In this document: positions 35,216-46,779 of the stretch, piece after piece | Numbering within the stretch: the first letter of the stretch is position 1 | How the letters are laid out: every line of letters begins with the position of its first letter | From: Macrostomum lignano | Taxonomy: Eukaryota | Length of the DNA stretch: 64,000 nt | Reading direction: 5' to 3' | Assembly: GCA_002269645.1 (NCBI GenBank) | Contig: NIVC01001253.1 | Location: forward strand, 62,001-126,000 | Program-made: the position numbers and the translations under genes | The notes under the pieces: generated by a model | Told to the model about the DNA's origin: nothing | What the model saw: the letters and a program-made list of their open reading frames with translations, nothing else | The model's database searches: none

Positions 35216-35678
35216 ATACCGAGGCCGCCTGCTGCCCGCTCAGGTGACCTTCAACGCCAGCAAGATCAAGCAGGCGGCTCCCAATCCGCTGGGCATCGAC
35301 CTGCGCGAATGCGTCCAGCCAACCCGAGACCAGGAGCTGCCCGTGGAGCAGGCCTCGGCTCGATTCCTGTTCTTCTCCTGCCTAGACGATTATTCGGTGT
35401 CGCCAGAAGCCGGGGCTCGGCTGGCTGATCGATTGGTTCGAGCTGGTCGAACTGATGTTGAACGCATTGCCTACCCGGATGCTGGGCACCTGCTGGAGCC
35501 GCCCATCAGCCCCTGCACAGCTCTGTGCTACCACGGCCTGCTCAAGGTGTACATGTACTACGGCGGCAAACCGGAGTGCCACCACCGGGCTCAGGTGGAC
35601 AGCTGGGCCAGAATGATTCGAATGTTCCATGAGGAACTCGGCTGGCGAGATGATAAACGTCAGGTGGCGAAGTTGTAG
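35216..35678 (+). CDS. ACOT/BAAT-family thioesterase, exon 3 (total 460 aa, C-terminal AKL)
   Basis: Acceptor CAACAG|A; FLFFSCLDDYS (catalytic Asp), YPDAGHLLEPP (catalytic His); exon lengths 547+373+463=1383 nt in frame. Confidence 0.88.
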
Positions 35679-35764
35679 ACTGACTGATGGCTGGGTCTGC
35701 GGTGGGTTCAGTTCTCTTCACCTCTGTCTTATCTTTGGCGTGTCTTATCACCACTCTGCTAGCT

Positions 35765-36960
35765 CTAATCTCCCATCTCCAATCTCTAATCTCGCATCTC
35801 TAATCTCCCGTCTCCAATCTCCAGTCTCCTATCTCCAATCTCTAATCTCCCATCTCCAATCTCCAGTCTCCTATCTCCAATCTCTAATCTCCCATCTCTA
35901 ATCTCTAATCTCCAATCTCTAATCTCCCATCTCCAATCTCTAACCTCCCATCTCCATTTCCAATCTCTAATCTCCTATCTCCAATGTCTAATCTCCCATC
36001 TCCAATCTCCAGTCTCCTATCTCCAATCTCTAATCTCCCATCTCTAATCTCTAATCTCCAATCTCTAATCTCCCGTCTCCAATCTCTAATCTTCCATCTC
36101 CAATCTCTAATCATGCGTCTCCAATCTCTAATCATGCGTCTCCAATCTCTAATCATGCGTCTCCAATCTCTAATCATGCGTCTCCAATCTCTAATCATGC
36201 GTCTCCAATCTCTAATCATGCGTCTCCAATCTCTAATCATGCGTCTCCAATCTCTAATCATGCGTCTCCAATCTCTAATCTCCTATCTGCAATCTCTGAT
36301 CTTCCATCTCCAATCTCTAATCATGCGTCTCCAATCTCTAATCATGCGTCTCCAATCTCTAATCATGCGTCTCCAATCTCTAATCATGCGTCTCCAATCT
36401 CTAATCATGCGTCTCCAATCTCTAATCATGCGTCTCCAATCTCTAATCTCCTATCTGCAATCTCTGATCTTCCATCTCCAATCTCTAATCATGCGTCTCC
36501 AATCTCTAATCATGCGTCTCCAATCTCTAATCATGCGTCTCCAATCTCTAATCATGCGTCTCCAATCTCTAATCATGCGTCTCCAATCTCTAATCATGCG
36601 TCTCCAATCTCTAATCTCCTATCTGCAATCTCTGATCTTCCATCTCCAATCTCTAATCATGCGTCTCCAATCTCTAATCATGCGTCTCCAATCTCTAATC
36701 ATGCGTCTCCAATCTCTAATCATGCGTCTCCAATCTCTAATCTCCTATCTCCTATCTCTGATCTTCCATCTCCAATCTTCAATCATTAATCTCCCATCTC
36801 TAGTCTCATTTTCTTAATCTCTAGTCTCCTATCTCTAATCTCTTTCCCACCTTCAATCTTTTATCTATTTTAAGTTTTCCATTTTAATCTCCAATCTGTC
36901 ATCTAATCTCTTATTTCCAATCTCGCATCATTAATATCACACATCTTATCTCAAATCTCT
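35765..36960 (+). repeat. 21-bp minisatellite (CTCCAATCTCTAATCATGCGT)n with degenerate flanks
   Basis: Direct reading; 7-aa periodic pseudo-ORF QSLIMRL. Confidence 0.95.
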
Positions 36961-37699
36961 ATCTCCGATCTTTCTACATGATCCGCCCATGCTACGCGCC
37001 CTTCTTTATTGGAATGATTGAAATTGAAATGGATTGAAATTGTGTGCCTTAATTTTTGCTCAATCATTATTTTAACTGTTAATTCGTTTGCTTAATTGAC
37101 TTTTTTATTGCAATTAAAATCCAAACCGTATCTAATTATGAACTTTTCTACTTAATTGCCTAATTAGAATTATCTGTACTTATTTTTGTAAGCTTGTACA
37201 CGCATTGAGACAAAGTACACGCGTGGAGAAAATTGCATTCTCGATTTTTCTTATCTAGATCTCATGGTTACATTTCCAGCCTGCGTGACTTCTGTTGGAA
37301 TTTTATAGTTTTCTTTTGATAAGCTGCTTAGGTCATTTAAGTTCAGGCCCTTAGATAAATGTCTAGTAGTCATTTTAGCGATTGAATTTGCTAGATAGGA
37401 CAGGTTTATTACGTTAATTTATCATAAGATATGCAGGTTGGTCGATTATAGTTAGTAGAAATATAAGCATTTTAGTCCATTTTTGCTGTTTGGAAAAAAC
37501 AGACTTATATTTTGAAATTTGAAATTTTAATTTCATCTAAAAGCTGCCTTGTGTGTTTTCAATGTTTTAAAAAAATTAATTGGGAAAAACTATTGTTATT
37601 AAATGTAAGTTTTTTAAATAGTCTATTGTGTATAAAAGTGTTTTGATCTGCATTTCCCCCTTATTGAATTTAGGTGAGATGAGAGACTGTGGATGGATG

Positions 37700-39020
37700 A
37701 AGGGACAGAAAGAGAAATGGAGGGAAGGATAGAGGGACGAAGAGAGAGATAGTGACATGAAGGGAGGGATAGTGAGATGAATTGGGAGGGATAGTGAGAT
37801 GAAGGGAGGGATATTGAGATGAAGGGAGGGATAGTGAGATGAAGGGAGGGATAGTGAGATGAAGGGTGGGATAGTGAGATGAAGGGAGGGATAGTAAGAT
37901 GAAGGGTGGGATAGTGAGATGAAGGGAGGGATAGTGAGATGAAGGGAGGGATAGTAAGATGAAGGGTGGGATAGTGAGATGAAGGGAGGGATAGTGAGAT
38001 GAAGAGAAGAATAGTGAGATGAAGGGAGGAATAGTGAGATAAAGAGAGGAATAGTGAGATGAAGGGAGGAAAGGAGAGACAAAGGGAGGGAAGGAGAGAT
38101 GAAGGGAGGGAAGGAGAGACGAAGGGAGAGAAGGAGGGACGAAGGGATGGAAGGAGAGACGAAGGGAGCGAAGGAGAGATGAAGGGAGGGAAGGAGAGAC
38201 GAAAGGAGGGACGAAGGGAGGGAAGGAGAGACGAAGGGAGCGAAGGAGAGATGAAGGGAGCGAAGGAGAGATGAAGGGAGGGAAGGAGGGACGAAGGGAG
38301 GGAAGGAGAGACGAAGGGAGGGAAGGAGGGACGAAGGGAAGGAAGGAGAGACGAAGGGAGGGAAGGAGAGTCGAAGGGAGGGAAGGAGAGACGAAGGGAG
38401 GGAAGGAGAGACGAAGGGAGGGAAGGAGAGACTAAGGGAGGGAAGGAGAGACTAAGGGAGGGAAGGAGAGACGAAGGGAGGGAAGGAGAGACTAAGGGAG
38501 GGAAGGAGAGACTAAGGGAGGGAAGGAGGGACGAAGGGAGGAAAGGAGGGAAGGAGGGAGGGAAGGAAGGAAGAGAGGGAAGGAGAGATGAAGGGAGGGA
38601 AGGAGAGACGAAGGGAGGAAAGGAGGGACGAAGGGAGGGAAGGAAGGAAGAGAGGGAAGGAGAGATGAAGGGAGGGAAGGAGAGACGAAGGGAGGAAAGG
38701 AGGGAAGGAGGGAGGGAAGGAAGGAAGAGAGGGAAGGAGAGATGAAGGGAGGGAATGAGAGACGAAGGGAGGAAAGGAGGGGGGAAGGGAGGGAAGGAGG
38801 GACGAAGGGAGGGAAGGAAGGAAGAGAGGGAAGGAGAGATGATGGGAGGGAAGGAGAGACGAAGGGAGAAAGGAGGGAAGGAGGGAGGGAAGGAAGGAAG
38901 AGAGGGAAGGAGAGATGAAGGGAGGGAAGGAGAGACGAAGGGAGGAAAGGAGGGGGAAAGGGAGGAAAGGAGGGACGAAGGGAGGGAAGGAAGGAAGAGA
39001 GGGAAGGAGAGATGAAGGGA
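37700..39020 (+). repeat. GA-rich 20-bp minisatellite/low-complexity tract (GAAGGGAGGGATAGTGAGAT then GAAGGGAGGGAAGGAGAGAC)
   Basis: Direct reading. Confidence 0.93.
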
Positions 39021-39663
39021 TATTGGCTTGAAAAATATCACAGACTATTGGAGAGTTATAATTACATGAGAATAGCCTCGAAGCCATAATATTGTAGAAT
39101 ATTATAATTTTACAACATTTAAACTTGGGATCCATTTTTTAGGCCGGCAGCTTATAAGTGTATGATTTACAATCTCTGTTTAAACTGCCAGTCAGAGAGA
39201 GCTGTGAGAGGCCCAGCCTGTAGCTCCAGTTATTCCAACAGTGATTTTAATTTTTTGATGGATTACTGACTCAGCCTTCGCATTGAGAAATGAAAATGAA
39301 ATAATATAATGCATTTAGAATTCTGTGTTGTGAGTACAAATTAGAGGCTTTTATTGTAGAGATGAAGGCTTAAGGTTAAAAAAAATGGTCTCATATTGAA
39401 TGCTGCGCTGGGATATTTCCCCTTCATCCCGTCCCTCCCTCAGCCTCTTTCTCGTCCTATCGCGTGCTTCATTCTCTCTCTCTCTCTCTGTAGAGCAGTA
39501 GAAAAAGGGAAGCATGCATTATATTTTCTGGGCTGCTTTTGTAACCATCTCGACTGTATATATATGTGATTCATTATTTTTGCAGAGAGCTCACGCTGTT
39601 CGGCTTTCGTGCTGTGTTCGTCAGTGGGTTTTCTACTGTATTGACGTTTTTTCATCAGAACTC

Positions 39664-39695
39664 ATGGACTCCACTGATCGGGCTCGATTGCAGAG
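39664..39695 (+). CDS. TMEM220-like gene, coding exon 1 (MDSTDRARLQ)
   Basis: ATG at 39664, strong donor AG|GTAAGA, phase 2 matches the next acceptor. Confidence 0.6.
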
Positions 39696-39714
39696 GTAAG
39701 ATTTTTATCAGAAA

Positions 39715-40275
39715 TCGAAAATCTCATTGTCTTAGTGTCAAATCTCATAATGAGAATCTTAAATCTCATAGTGAGAATCAGAAATCTCATAGTGAGAATC
39801 TTAAATCTCATAGTGAGAATCTTAAATCTCATAGTGAGAATGACATATCTCATAGGGAGAATGACAACTTATAGTGAGAATTTCAAATCTCATAGTGAGA
39901 ATGACATACCTTATAGTGAGAATCTCAAATCTCATAGTGAGAATGACATACCTCATAGTGAGAATGACATACCTCATAGTGAGAATGACATATCTCAGTG
40001 AGAATCTTAAATCTCATAGTGAGAATCACAAATTTCATAGTGAGAATCACAAATCTCATAGTGAGAATCTCAAATCTCATACTGAGATTCACAAATCTCA
40101 TTGTAAGAATCACAAATCTCATAGTTAGAATCTCAAATCTGATAGTGAGAATCACACAACACTAGTGAGAATCCCAAATCTCATAGTGAGAATCCCAAAT
40201 CTCATATTGTGAGTCCCAAATCTCATATTGTGAATCCCAAATCTCATATTGTGAATCCCAAATCTCATATTGGGA
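39715..40275 (+). repeat. 21-bp minisatellite (AAATCTCATAGTGAGAATCTT)n in TMEM220-like intron 1
   Basis: Direct reading; each unit contains the inverted repeat TCTCA-TAG-TGAGA. Confidence 0.93.
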
Positions 40276-40347
40276 ATCCTAAAATATCATAGCGGTATTC
40301 TCAAAAATTCAAACAAATCAAATAAAATTTTCTCTGCTCTCCCGCAG

Positions 40348-40549
40348 CCTGAGCAAATCAAACGACCCATTGATGCTGGTTGTCAAGGACTCTACAGCCT
40401 TAGCAACGGCAGTTGATCAGCTAGAATCACTGTTGCCACCCAATCGGTGGCGCAGACACCTTTGGCAGGCTGTCAACGCCCTGTCGTTTGTCGTGTTTGT
40501 CGCTTCCGCAATTCTGCAGCTGAATGACCCCGATCCGTACCTGTGGATC
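40348..40549 (+). CDS. TMEM220-like gene, exon 2
   Basis: Acceptor CCCGCAG|C; NALSFVVFVASAILQLNDPDPYLWI matches the TMEM220 'Q.NDPD...W' motif; donor ATC|GTGAGT. Confidence 0.8.
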
Positions 40550-40642
40550 GTGAGTTTCTCTTGTAGTTTTATATTTTCTTCATTATTGCATCACTGTATC
40601 ATCTAAATTAGCTTTACAATTTATTTGATTTCATTTTTACAG

Positions 40643-40703
40643 CCAATATATGCGCTACCGTGTCTACTGGCGCTGGTTCTTGGAATCTTTCCGAAGTTGC
40701 TTG
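40643..40703 (+). CDS. TMEM220-like gene, exon 3
   Basis: TTTTACAG| PIYALPCLLALVLGIFPKLL |GTGAGT; phases 0/1 consistent. Confidence 0.8.
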
Positions 40704-40769
40704 GTGAGTATTTTGTATTTTGTAGTCAGAAAAGTGAATTAAAGAGTTCATTTATTGGCCATGAGATTC

Positions 40770-41390
40770 ATAAAACCCAATAAACTGAGTTTTATTGGTC
40801 ATAAAACCCAATCATGTGTGTTCTTATTAGTCATAAAGCACCATCACTGGGGTCATACTGGTCATAAAACCCAATCATGTGGGTCATACATTGGTCATAA
40901 AACCCAATCATGTGGGTTCATATTTGTCACAAAACCTAATCATGTGGGTCATTTATTGGTCATAAAACCCAATCATATGGGTCATACATTGGTCATAAAA
41001 CCCAATCATGTGGGTCATATTGGTCATAAAACCCAATCATGTGGGTCATATTGGTCATAAAACCCAATCATTTGAGTCATATTGGTCACAAAACCCAATC
41101 ATGTGGGTCATTTATTGGTCATAAAACCCAATCATAGGGGTCATACATTGGTCATAAAACCCAATCATATGGGTCATACATTGGTCATAAAACCCAATCA
41201 TGTGGGTCATATTGGTCATAAAACCCAATCATTTTAGTCATATTGGTCACAAAACCCAATCATGTGGGTCATATATTGGTCATAAAACCCAATCATATGG
41301 GTCATACATTAGTCATAAAACCCAATCATGTGGGTCATATTGGTCAAAACCCAATCATGTGGGTCATATTGGTCATAAAATCCAATGTTA
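40770..41390 (+). repeat. 31/33-bp minisatellite (GGTCATAAAACCCAATCATGTGGGTCATATT)n in TMEM220-like intron 3
   Basis: Direct reading. Confidence 0.93.
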
Positions 41391-41433
41391 CTAAGTATGA
41401 CTAAATGACATGGTAATGACCAAACCATTTCAG

Positions 41434-41771
41434 CCACGCGGTCAATGACGGCTGTCATTAGCATTCACCTGTGCATCTGTCTGATCATGCTCGGTTTCAT
41501 TGGTTACGCGCCCCTAGTAACCCGTTGGCAACGCAATGCTGCTAGCGATCCATCGGCCCTACTAATGTCAGCTGAAGAAGCCAGTGAGAGCATCGGCCTA
41601 CTGCTGGTCATCGCTTGGCTCTCCGGTCACCTGATGCTATTAGATTTGCTAACTAGACTGTCTAAATTATTTGTTAGCTGCTGCATCAGTGTCTGCATTA
41701 TCTGCTTTCTAATGCTGGCCTGCGCTCCACCAGTTGCTATGAGCCTGGCTGCACTACTGTCAGTAGCTTGA
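41434..41771 (+). CDS. TMEM220-like gene, exon 4 (total 210 aa)
   Basis: TTTCAG|CC; AEEASESIGLLLVIAWL matches the TMEM220 'EEGRE..GL.I...W' motif; 32+202+61+338=633 nt in frame. Confidence 0.78.
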
Positions 41772-42569
41772 ATGCTCATGTTTCATCTATGGCTAAAATA
41801 CATAAGTCAAAGAGCCACTTTACACCCTGTGTGAGCGTGTCTATGCCTGTTTGAAATGCTCTTAGAAGTCAGCGATATTGGGGCAGAATTGCAATTATAA
41901 TTGCTGCATCAAGCTTTAATAAAATCACTAAAAATAAACTGGTTTATTTATTCTAGAAATGACTGCATCTCGAATCCCTAAACTCAACGACAGCTGATTT
42001 CTGAATAGCCAGTGAAACAAAAAACCTAATTTTGATTGAAAGGCCAGGATTTTTATTAACAAAGGCAGATTTTTTGCTGCTTTTGTAGAATTAAGTGGCT
42101 TTTTCCTGAATTGAAACTCAATAGACTGGATGAGAGGCATCTGTCTGTTAATTGCTGAGTGAAGCCATGGACTGTTATACGTAGAATACTGGAATGGAAG
42201 CGAATTATATCGCTGATTTTTTTGCTTTCTTTCAGTTTAAATTTAATTGTTCTACTTTAAGTAGGCGAGCTTAGCTTATTGTCATTCAAATTTGTGTTAG
42301 TTAGCGCCTTTTTGTGTTTTATTTCTATCTTCTCAAAAGTGTTTTTGTAATCAGATTATCTAATCAAAACGGACTGAAGTTTGCCTGCATTTATTATTTG
42401 TCAACTGTTGATTTTTCCTCGCTGATTCTTTTCCTAGTAGTTTTTATTACAAATAAAGATTTTCTTTTGCAGTTTTGATGTTGTTTGTTCGTTTGTTTAT
42501 CGGTATTGCTGTTGCGTTTTTGTCAGAAATATTATTTTTTGCTAAAATTTGTAGCAACTGTAGAGTTTA

Positions 42570-44104
42570 AAACCCGCCTCTCCGCCCTTTGAACCCGCCT
42601 CTCCGCCCCTTGAATCCGCCTCTCCGCCCCTTTGAATCCGCCTCTCCGCCCCTTGAATCCGCCTCTCCGCCCCTTGAACCTTCCTATCCGCCCCTTGAAT
42701 CTCCCTATCCGCCCCTTGAATCCGCCTCTCCGCCCCTTGAACCTTCCTATCCGCCCCTTGAATCTCCCTCTTCGCCCCTTGAATCTCCCTCTCCGCCCCT
42801 TGAATCTCCCTCTCCGCCCCTTGAATCTCCCTCTCCGCCCCTTGAATCTCCCTCTCCGCCCCTTGAATCTCCCTATTCGCCCCTTGAATCTCCCTATCCG
42901 CCCCTTGAATCTCCCTCTCCGCCCCTTGAATCTCCCTATCCGCCCCTTGAACCCGCCTCTCCGCCCCTTGAATCCGCCTCTCCGCCCCTTAAACCCACCT
43001 CTCCGCCCCTTGAACCCGCCTCTCCGCCCCTTGAACCCGCCTCTCCGCCCCTTGAACCCGCCTCTCCGCCCGTTGAATCCGCCTCTCCGCCCCTCGAATC
43101 CACCTCTCCGCCCCTTAAACCCACCTCTCCGCCCCTTGAACCCGCCTCTCCGCCCCTTGAATCCGCCTCTCCGCCCCTTGAACCCGCCTCTCCGCCCCTT
43201 GAACCCGCCTCTCTGCCCCTTAAATCTTCCTATCCGCCCCTTGAATCCGCCTCTCCGCCCCTTGAATCTTCCTATTCACCCCTTGAATCTCCCTATCCGC
43301 CCCTTGAATCTTCCTATTCGCCCCTTGAACCTCCTTGAAGAACCTCCTTGAACCTCCTAAAGAAACCTCCTAAAGAGAACCTCCTAAAGAACCTCCTTGA
43401 ACCTCCTTGCTAATTCGCCCCTTGAATCTCCCTATCCGCCCCTTGAATCTCCCTATTCGCCCCTTAAATCCGCCTCTCTGCCCTAAAATCCGCCTCTCCG
43501 CCCCTTGAATCCGCCTCTCCGCCCCTTGAACCCGCCTCTCCGCCCCTTGAATCCGCCTCTCCGCCCCTCGAATCCACCTCTCCGCCCCTTGAATCTGCCT
43601 CTCCGCCCCTTGAATCCGCCTCTCCGCCCCTTGAACCCACCTCTCCCCCCCTTAAACCCACCTCTCCGCCCCTTGAATCCGCCTCTCCGCCCCTTAAACC
43701 CACCTCTCCGCCCCTTGAACCCGCCTCTCCGCCCCTTGAACCCGCCTCTCCGCCCCTTGAATCCGCCTCTCCGCCCGTTGAATCCGCCTCTCCGCCCCTT
43801 GAACCCGCCTCTCCGCCCCTTGAATCCGCCTCTCCGCCCGTTGAATCCGCCTCTCCGCCCCTTGAATCTGCCACTTTAGAATCTCCCTCTCGACAACTTG
43901 AATCTCCCTCTCCACAACCTGAATCTCCCTCTCCACAACCTGAATCTCCCTCTCCACAACCTGAATCTCCCTCTCCACAACCTGAATCTCCCTCTCCACA
44001 ACCTGAATCTCCCTCTCCACAACCTGAGTCTCCCTCTCCACAACCTGAATCTCCCTCTCCACAACCTGAATCTCCCTCTCCACAACTTGAGTCTCCCTCT
44101 CCAC
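42570..44104 (+). repeat. 21-bp minisatellite (CCGCCCCTTGAATCCGCCTCT)n grading into (CCACAACCTGAATCTCCCTCT)n
   Basis: Direct reading. Confidence 0.95.
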
Positions 44105-44295
44105 TCCGTTAAGAAAGCCCAGTTACACAGTGGATATTGTTTAGTATAGATTCGCTTGTTAACTAACAAATAAAAATAGTTTTTTTACCCTCTGATTTCA
44201 GATTTGAAAATGAAAATTCTCTGATTAACTATAGCCTATAGTTGGCCTACAGTAAAATTAGATTCAATTAAACGACCTGCCATCACCCGTCTGGC

Positions 44296-44857
44296 ATGTG
44301 TCAAATTCGTCATCTGCTAGTTAAACTTCTGTCGCTTCTGTCACTGATTGTAACTTCATTCTCCTCCTCAATATCGTCGTCATCGACCAGTTGCCAGGCA
44401 ACAAACACCGACGCGTGGTCAGAATGGAGCGTTTGGACTCAAGAATGCACCGGCCGATTGGCAGATCAGTTCCCATCCGATGCCGACAGTTTAAGAGACC
44501 GGGCCAGCGCTGTGTCTCAGTTCTCCACTAGACAGAGGCCTTGTCGATGCTTGGCTGTTAAGCGGAAGCAGCAACAGACGGATTGTCCGAAGACTGTCGT
44601 GCAGCTGCGTTGGCGACATCCGCCACCTGCGTTGCAGCATTATCTGGCGGTGAACTGCGCCTGGTGCAACTGGGACTCTTGGCAGGGTGATTGCGAAGGA
44701 GTCTTGGCTGACGGTTGCAGTCAGACTAGACAGCGAGACTGCTTGTGCAGGCCGGACAACAGGTCTTTGTACAGTACGGCTAGTGCGAGGCGGTGCTCGC
44801 TTGGGTGGGCAATTGATGCCACCATTGAGCGAAGATTTGTTGGCAATTTTAGTTCAA
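44296..44857 (+). CDS. Type-I membrane protein with two TSP1-like repeats, exon 1
   Basis: Signal-peptide-like LLVKLLSLLSLIVTSFSS; WSEWSVWTQEC...TRQRPC and WCNWDSWQGDC...QTRQRDC; donor A|GTGAGA, phase 1. Confidence 0.72.
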
Positions 44858-44894
44858 GTGAGAGCTTAAGGAATGGACATTAATGCACTTAAAT

Positions 44895-45455
44895 CTTTCA
44901 TTCACACACTCAAAATCTTCCTTCACACAATCGAAACCTAGATTCATGCACTCGAATATTTCATTCACACACTCAAATCTTCATTCACACACTTAAATCT
45001 TGCATTCACACACTTGAATGTTGTATTAACACACTTGAATCTTGCATTCACACACTCGAATCTTCATTCACAAACTTAAATCTTTCATTCACACACTCGA
45101 ATCTTTCATTCACACACTCGAATTTTTCATTCACACACTAATTTTTCATTCACACACTCTAATTTTTCATTCACACACTCGAATCTTCATTCACAAACTT
45201 AAATCTTTCATTCACACACTCGAATCTTTCATTCACACACTCGGATCTTCATTTACACACTCGAATCTTTCATTCACACACTCGAATTTTTCATTCACAC
45301 ACTCGAATCTTTCATTCACACACTCGAATCTTTCATTCACACACTCGAATCTTTCATTCACACACTCGAATCTTCATTCACACACTCGAATCTTCATTGA
45401 GTCACTCGAATCTTCATTGAGTCACTCGAATCTTCATTGAGTCACTCGAATCATC
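44895..45455 (+). repeat. 20-21-bp minisatellite (TCTTTCATTCACACACTCGAA)n in intron 1 of the TSP1 gene
   Basis: Direct reading. Confidence 0.92.
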
Positions 45456-45566
45456 ACAAGCTCAAATAAATACTTTTTTTCAACGATATGTATCGCAGAA
45501 AACTATATAAAGTAGCATTTCCAACGTATTTTTAGTTAATGTTTACCTTGACTTTCTCATCATCAG

Positions 45567-45762
45567 GCAGACGCCGCTACCCGCTGCCTGGGTCGCCTGG
45601 TGGCAGTCGCGACTCCAGCGGCAGAAACGGGGGCAGTGGGGACGACTGGATTTTCGGTGATTTGGGTTCAGCTTTTCCTGACGTGTTCAAAGCGGTGTTC
45701 GTGCTGGTTGCTCTGGTTATTGCCCTGATCTCGTGTCGCGGACTGTGCATCCTGGTTCAGAA
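45567..45762 (+). CDS. TSP1-repeat membrane protein, exon 2 (transmembrane helix)
   Basis: CATCAG|GC acceptor; VFKAVFVLVALVIALISC TM; donor AA|GTGAGC, phase 2. Confidence 0.72.
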
Positions 45763-45849
45763 GTGAGCGCAACTGTCACTGGTGAAATCTAAATTGGAAT
45801 TGCCGCACCTCGATTTAGGCAGGTGGACTATCCCCCCCCCAAAAAAAAT

Positions 45850-46130
45850 CGCCCCTTAGATAATCCTCTCCCAGTAAAAATCTCCCCTTGGGTAATCTAC
45901 AATAAAAATCTTCCCTGGGATTATCTGCCCCAATAAAAATCTCCCTTGTGATTATCCCCCCAAAAAATCTCCCTGGGATAATCTCCCCCAATAAAAATCT
46001 CCCCTGGGATCCCCCCAATAATAATCTTCCCTGGGATTATCTCTCCCCCCCCCAAAAAATCCCCCTAGGATTGTCTCCCCCCCGTAAAAATCTTCCCTGG
46101 GATTTATCTCCCCCAATAAAAATCTCCTGT
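45850..46130 (+). repeat. Degenerate tandem repeat (CCCCAATAAAAATCTCCCCTGGGAT...) in intron 2 of the TSP1 gene
   Basis: Direct reading, variable unit. Confidence 0.7.
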
Positions 46131-46275
46131 AGAATTATTTGCGCCTTCCTATTAAAATTTTAAAAAAATATGAATTTGTATTTAAAATATTAAATAAATC
46201 TAACAATGTTCTTAGATGCTACTTACATGAGTAGTGTAATTCAAACACATTTTCTACAATTATTTTTTATTTCAG

Positions 46276-46756
46276 TCGTTTCGGCGACTCCGGCAGCTTG
46301 GACAGCATCTACCGGCCCGGCCCGGGCGAGGCCACAGACGACGCCGAATCGCGACCGTTCGCCGACGGCGATGAGGAAGCTTCTGGCGCAGAGTGCAGCA
46401 CCGTGTTGGACATCGACGCCTACACAGCCAGCGGCGAGCTGACCCCGGCTGTTGTGCAGCTGAGAAATTCGGCAAATCTCGGCAGCAAGCGATCGGAGTC
46501 CAGCAGCCGAGGCAGCTACCCGGATCCCTTCACTTCGTCGCATCCGCTGTCTGTGGTGTACGAGCCTGTGGACGAGGCAGCCGAGGCCGAGCAGGATTCT
46601 GATGAGGCTGTCGCCGGCATAAAATCGGATGCTGAGCCGTCAACAGTGCCGAAGTATTCGCAACCTGTGAGCTTTGTTGAATCCGCTCTGGTGGTGGCGT
46701 CAAGAGATTCTGCTGGAGCTGAGGCTGCCGGCTCTTCGAGTGACCAGCTCAGCTGA
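46276..46756 (+). CDS. TSP1-repeat membrane protein, exon 3 (acidic cytoplasmic tail; total 412 aa)
   Basis: TTTCAG|T acceptor in frame with ORF 46298..46756; 562+196+481=1239 nt. Confidence 0.72.
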
Positions 46757-46779
46757 TTTGGTGAATTGAGTGGTATTTC

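Noticed and set aside
33559-41839. 18-nt motif ACAC(T/C)CTGTGTGAGCGTG at 33559 and 41822, with weaker versions at 8193 and 55508
   Set aside because: A 17/18 match between two sites is expected by chance in 64 kb; no shared context
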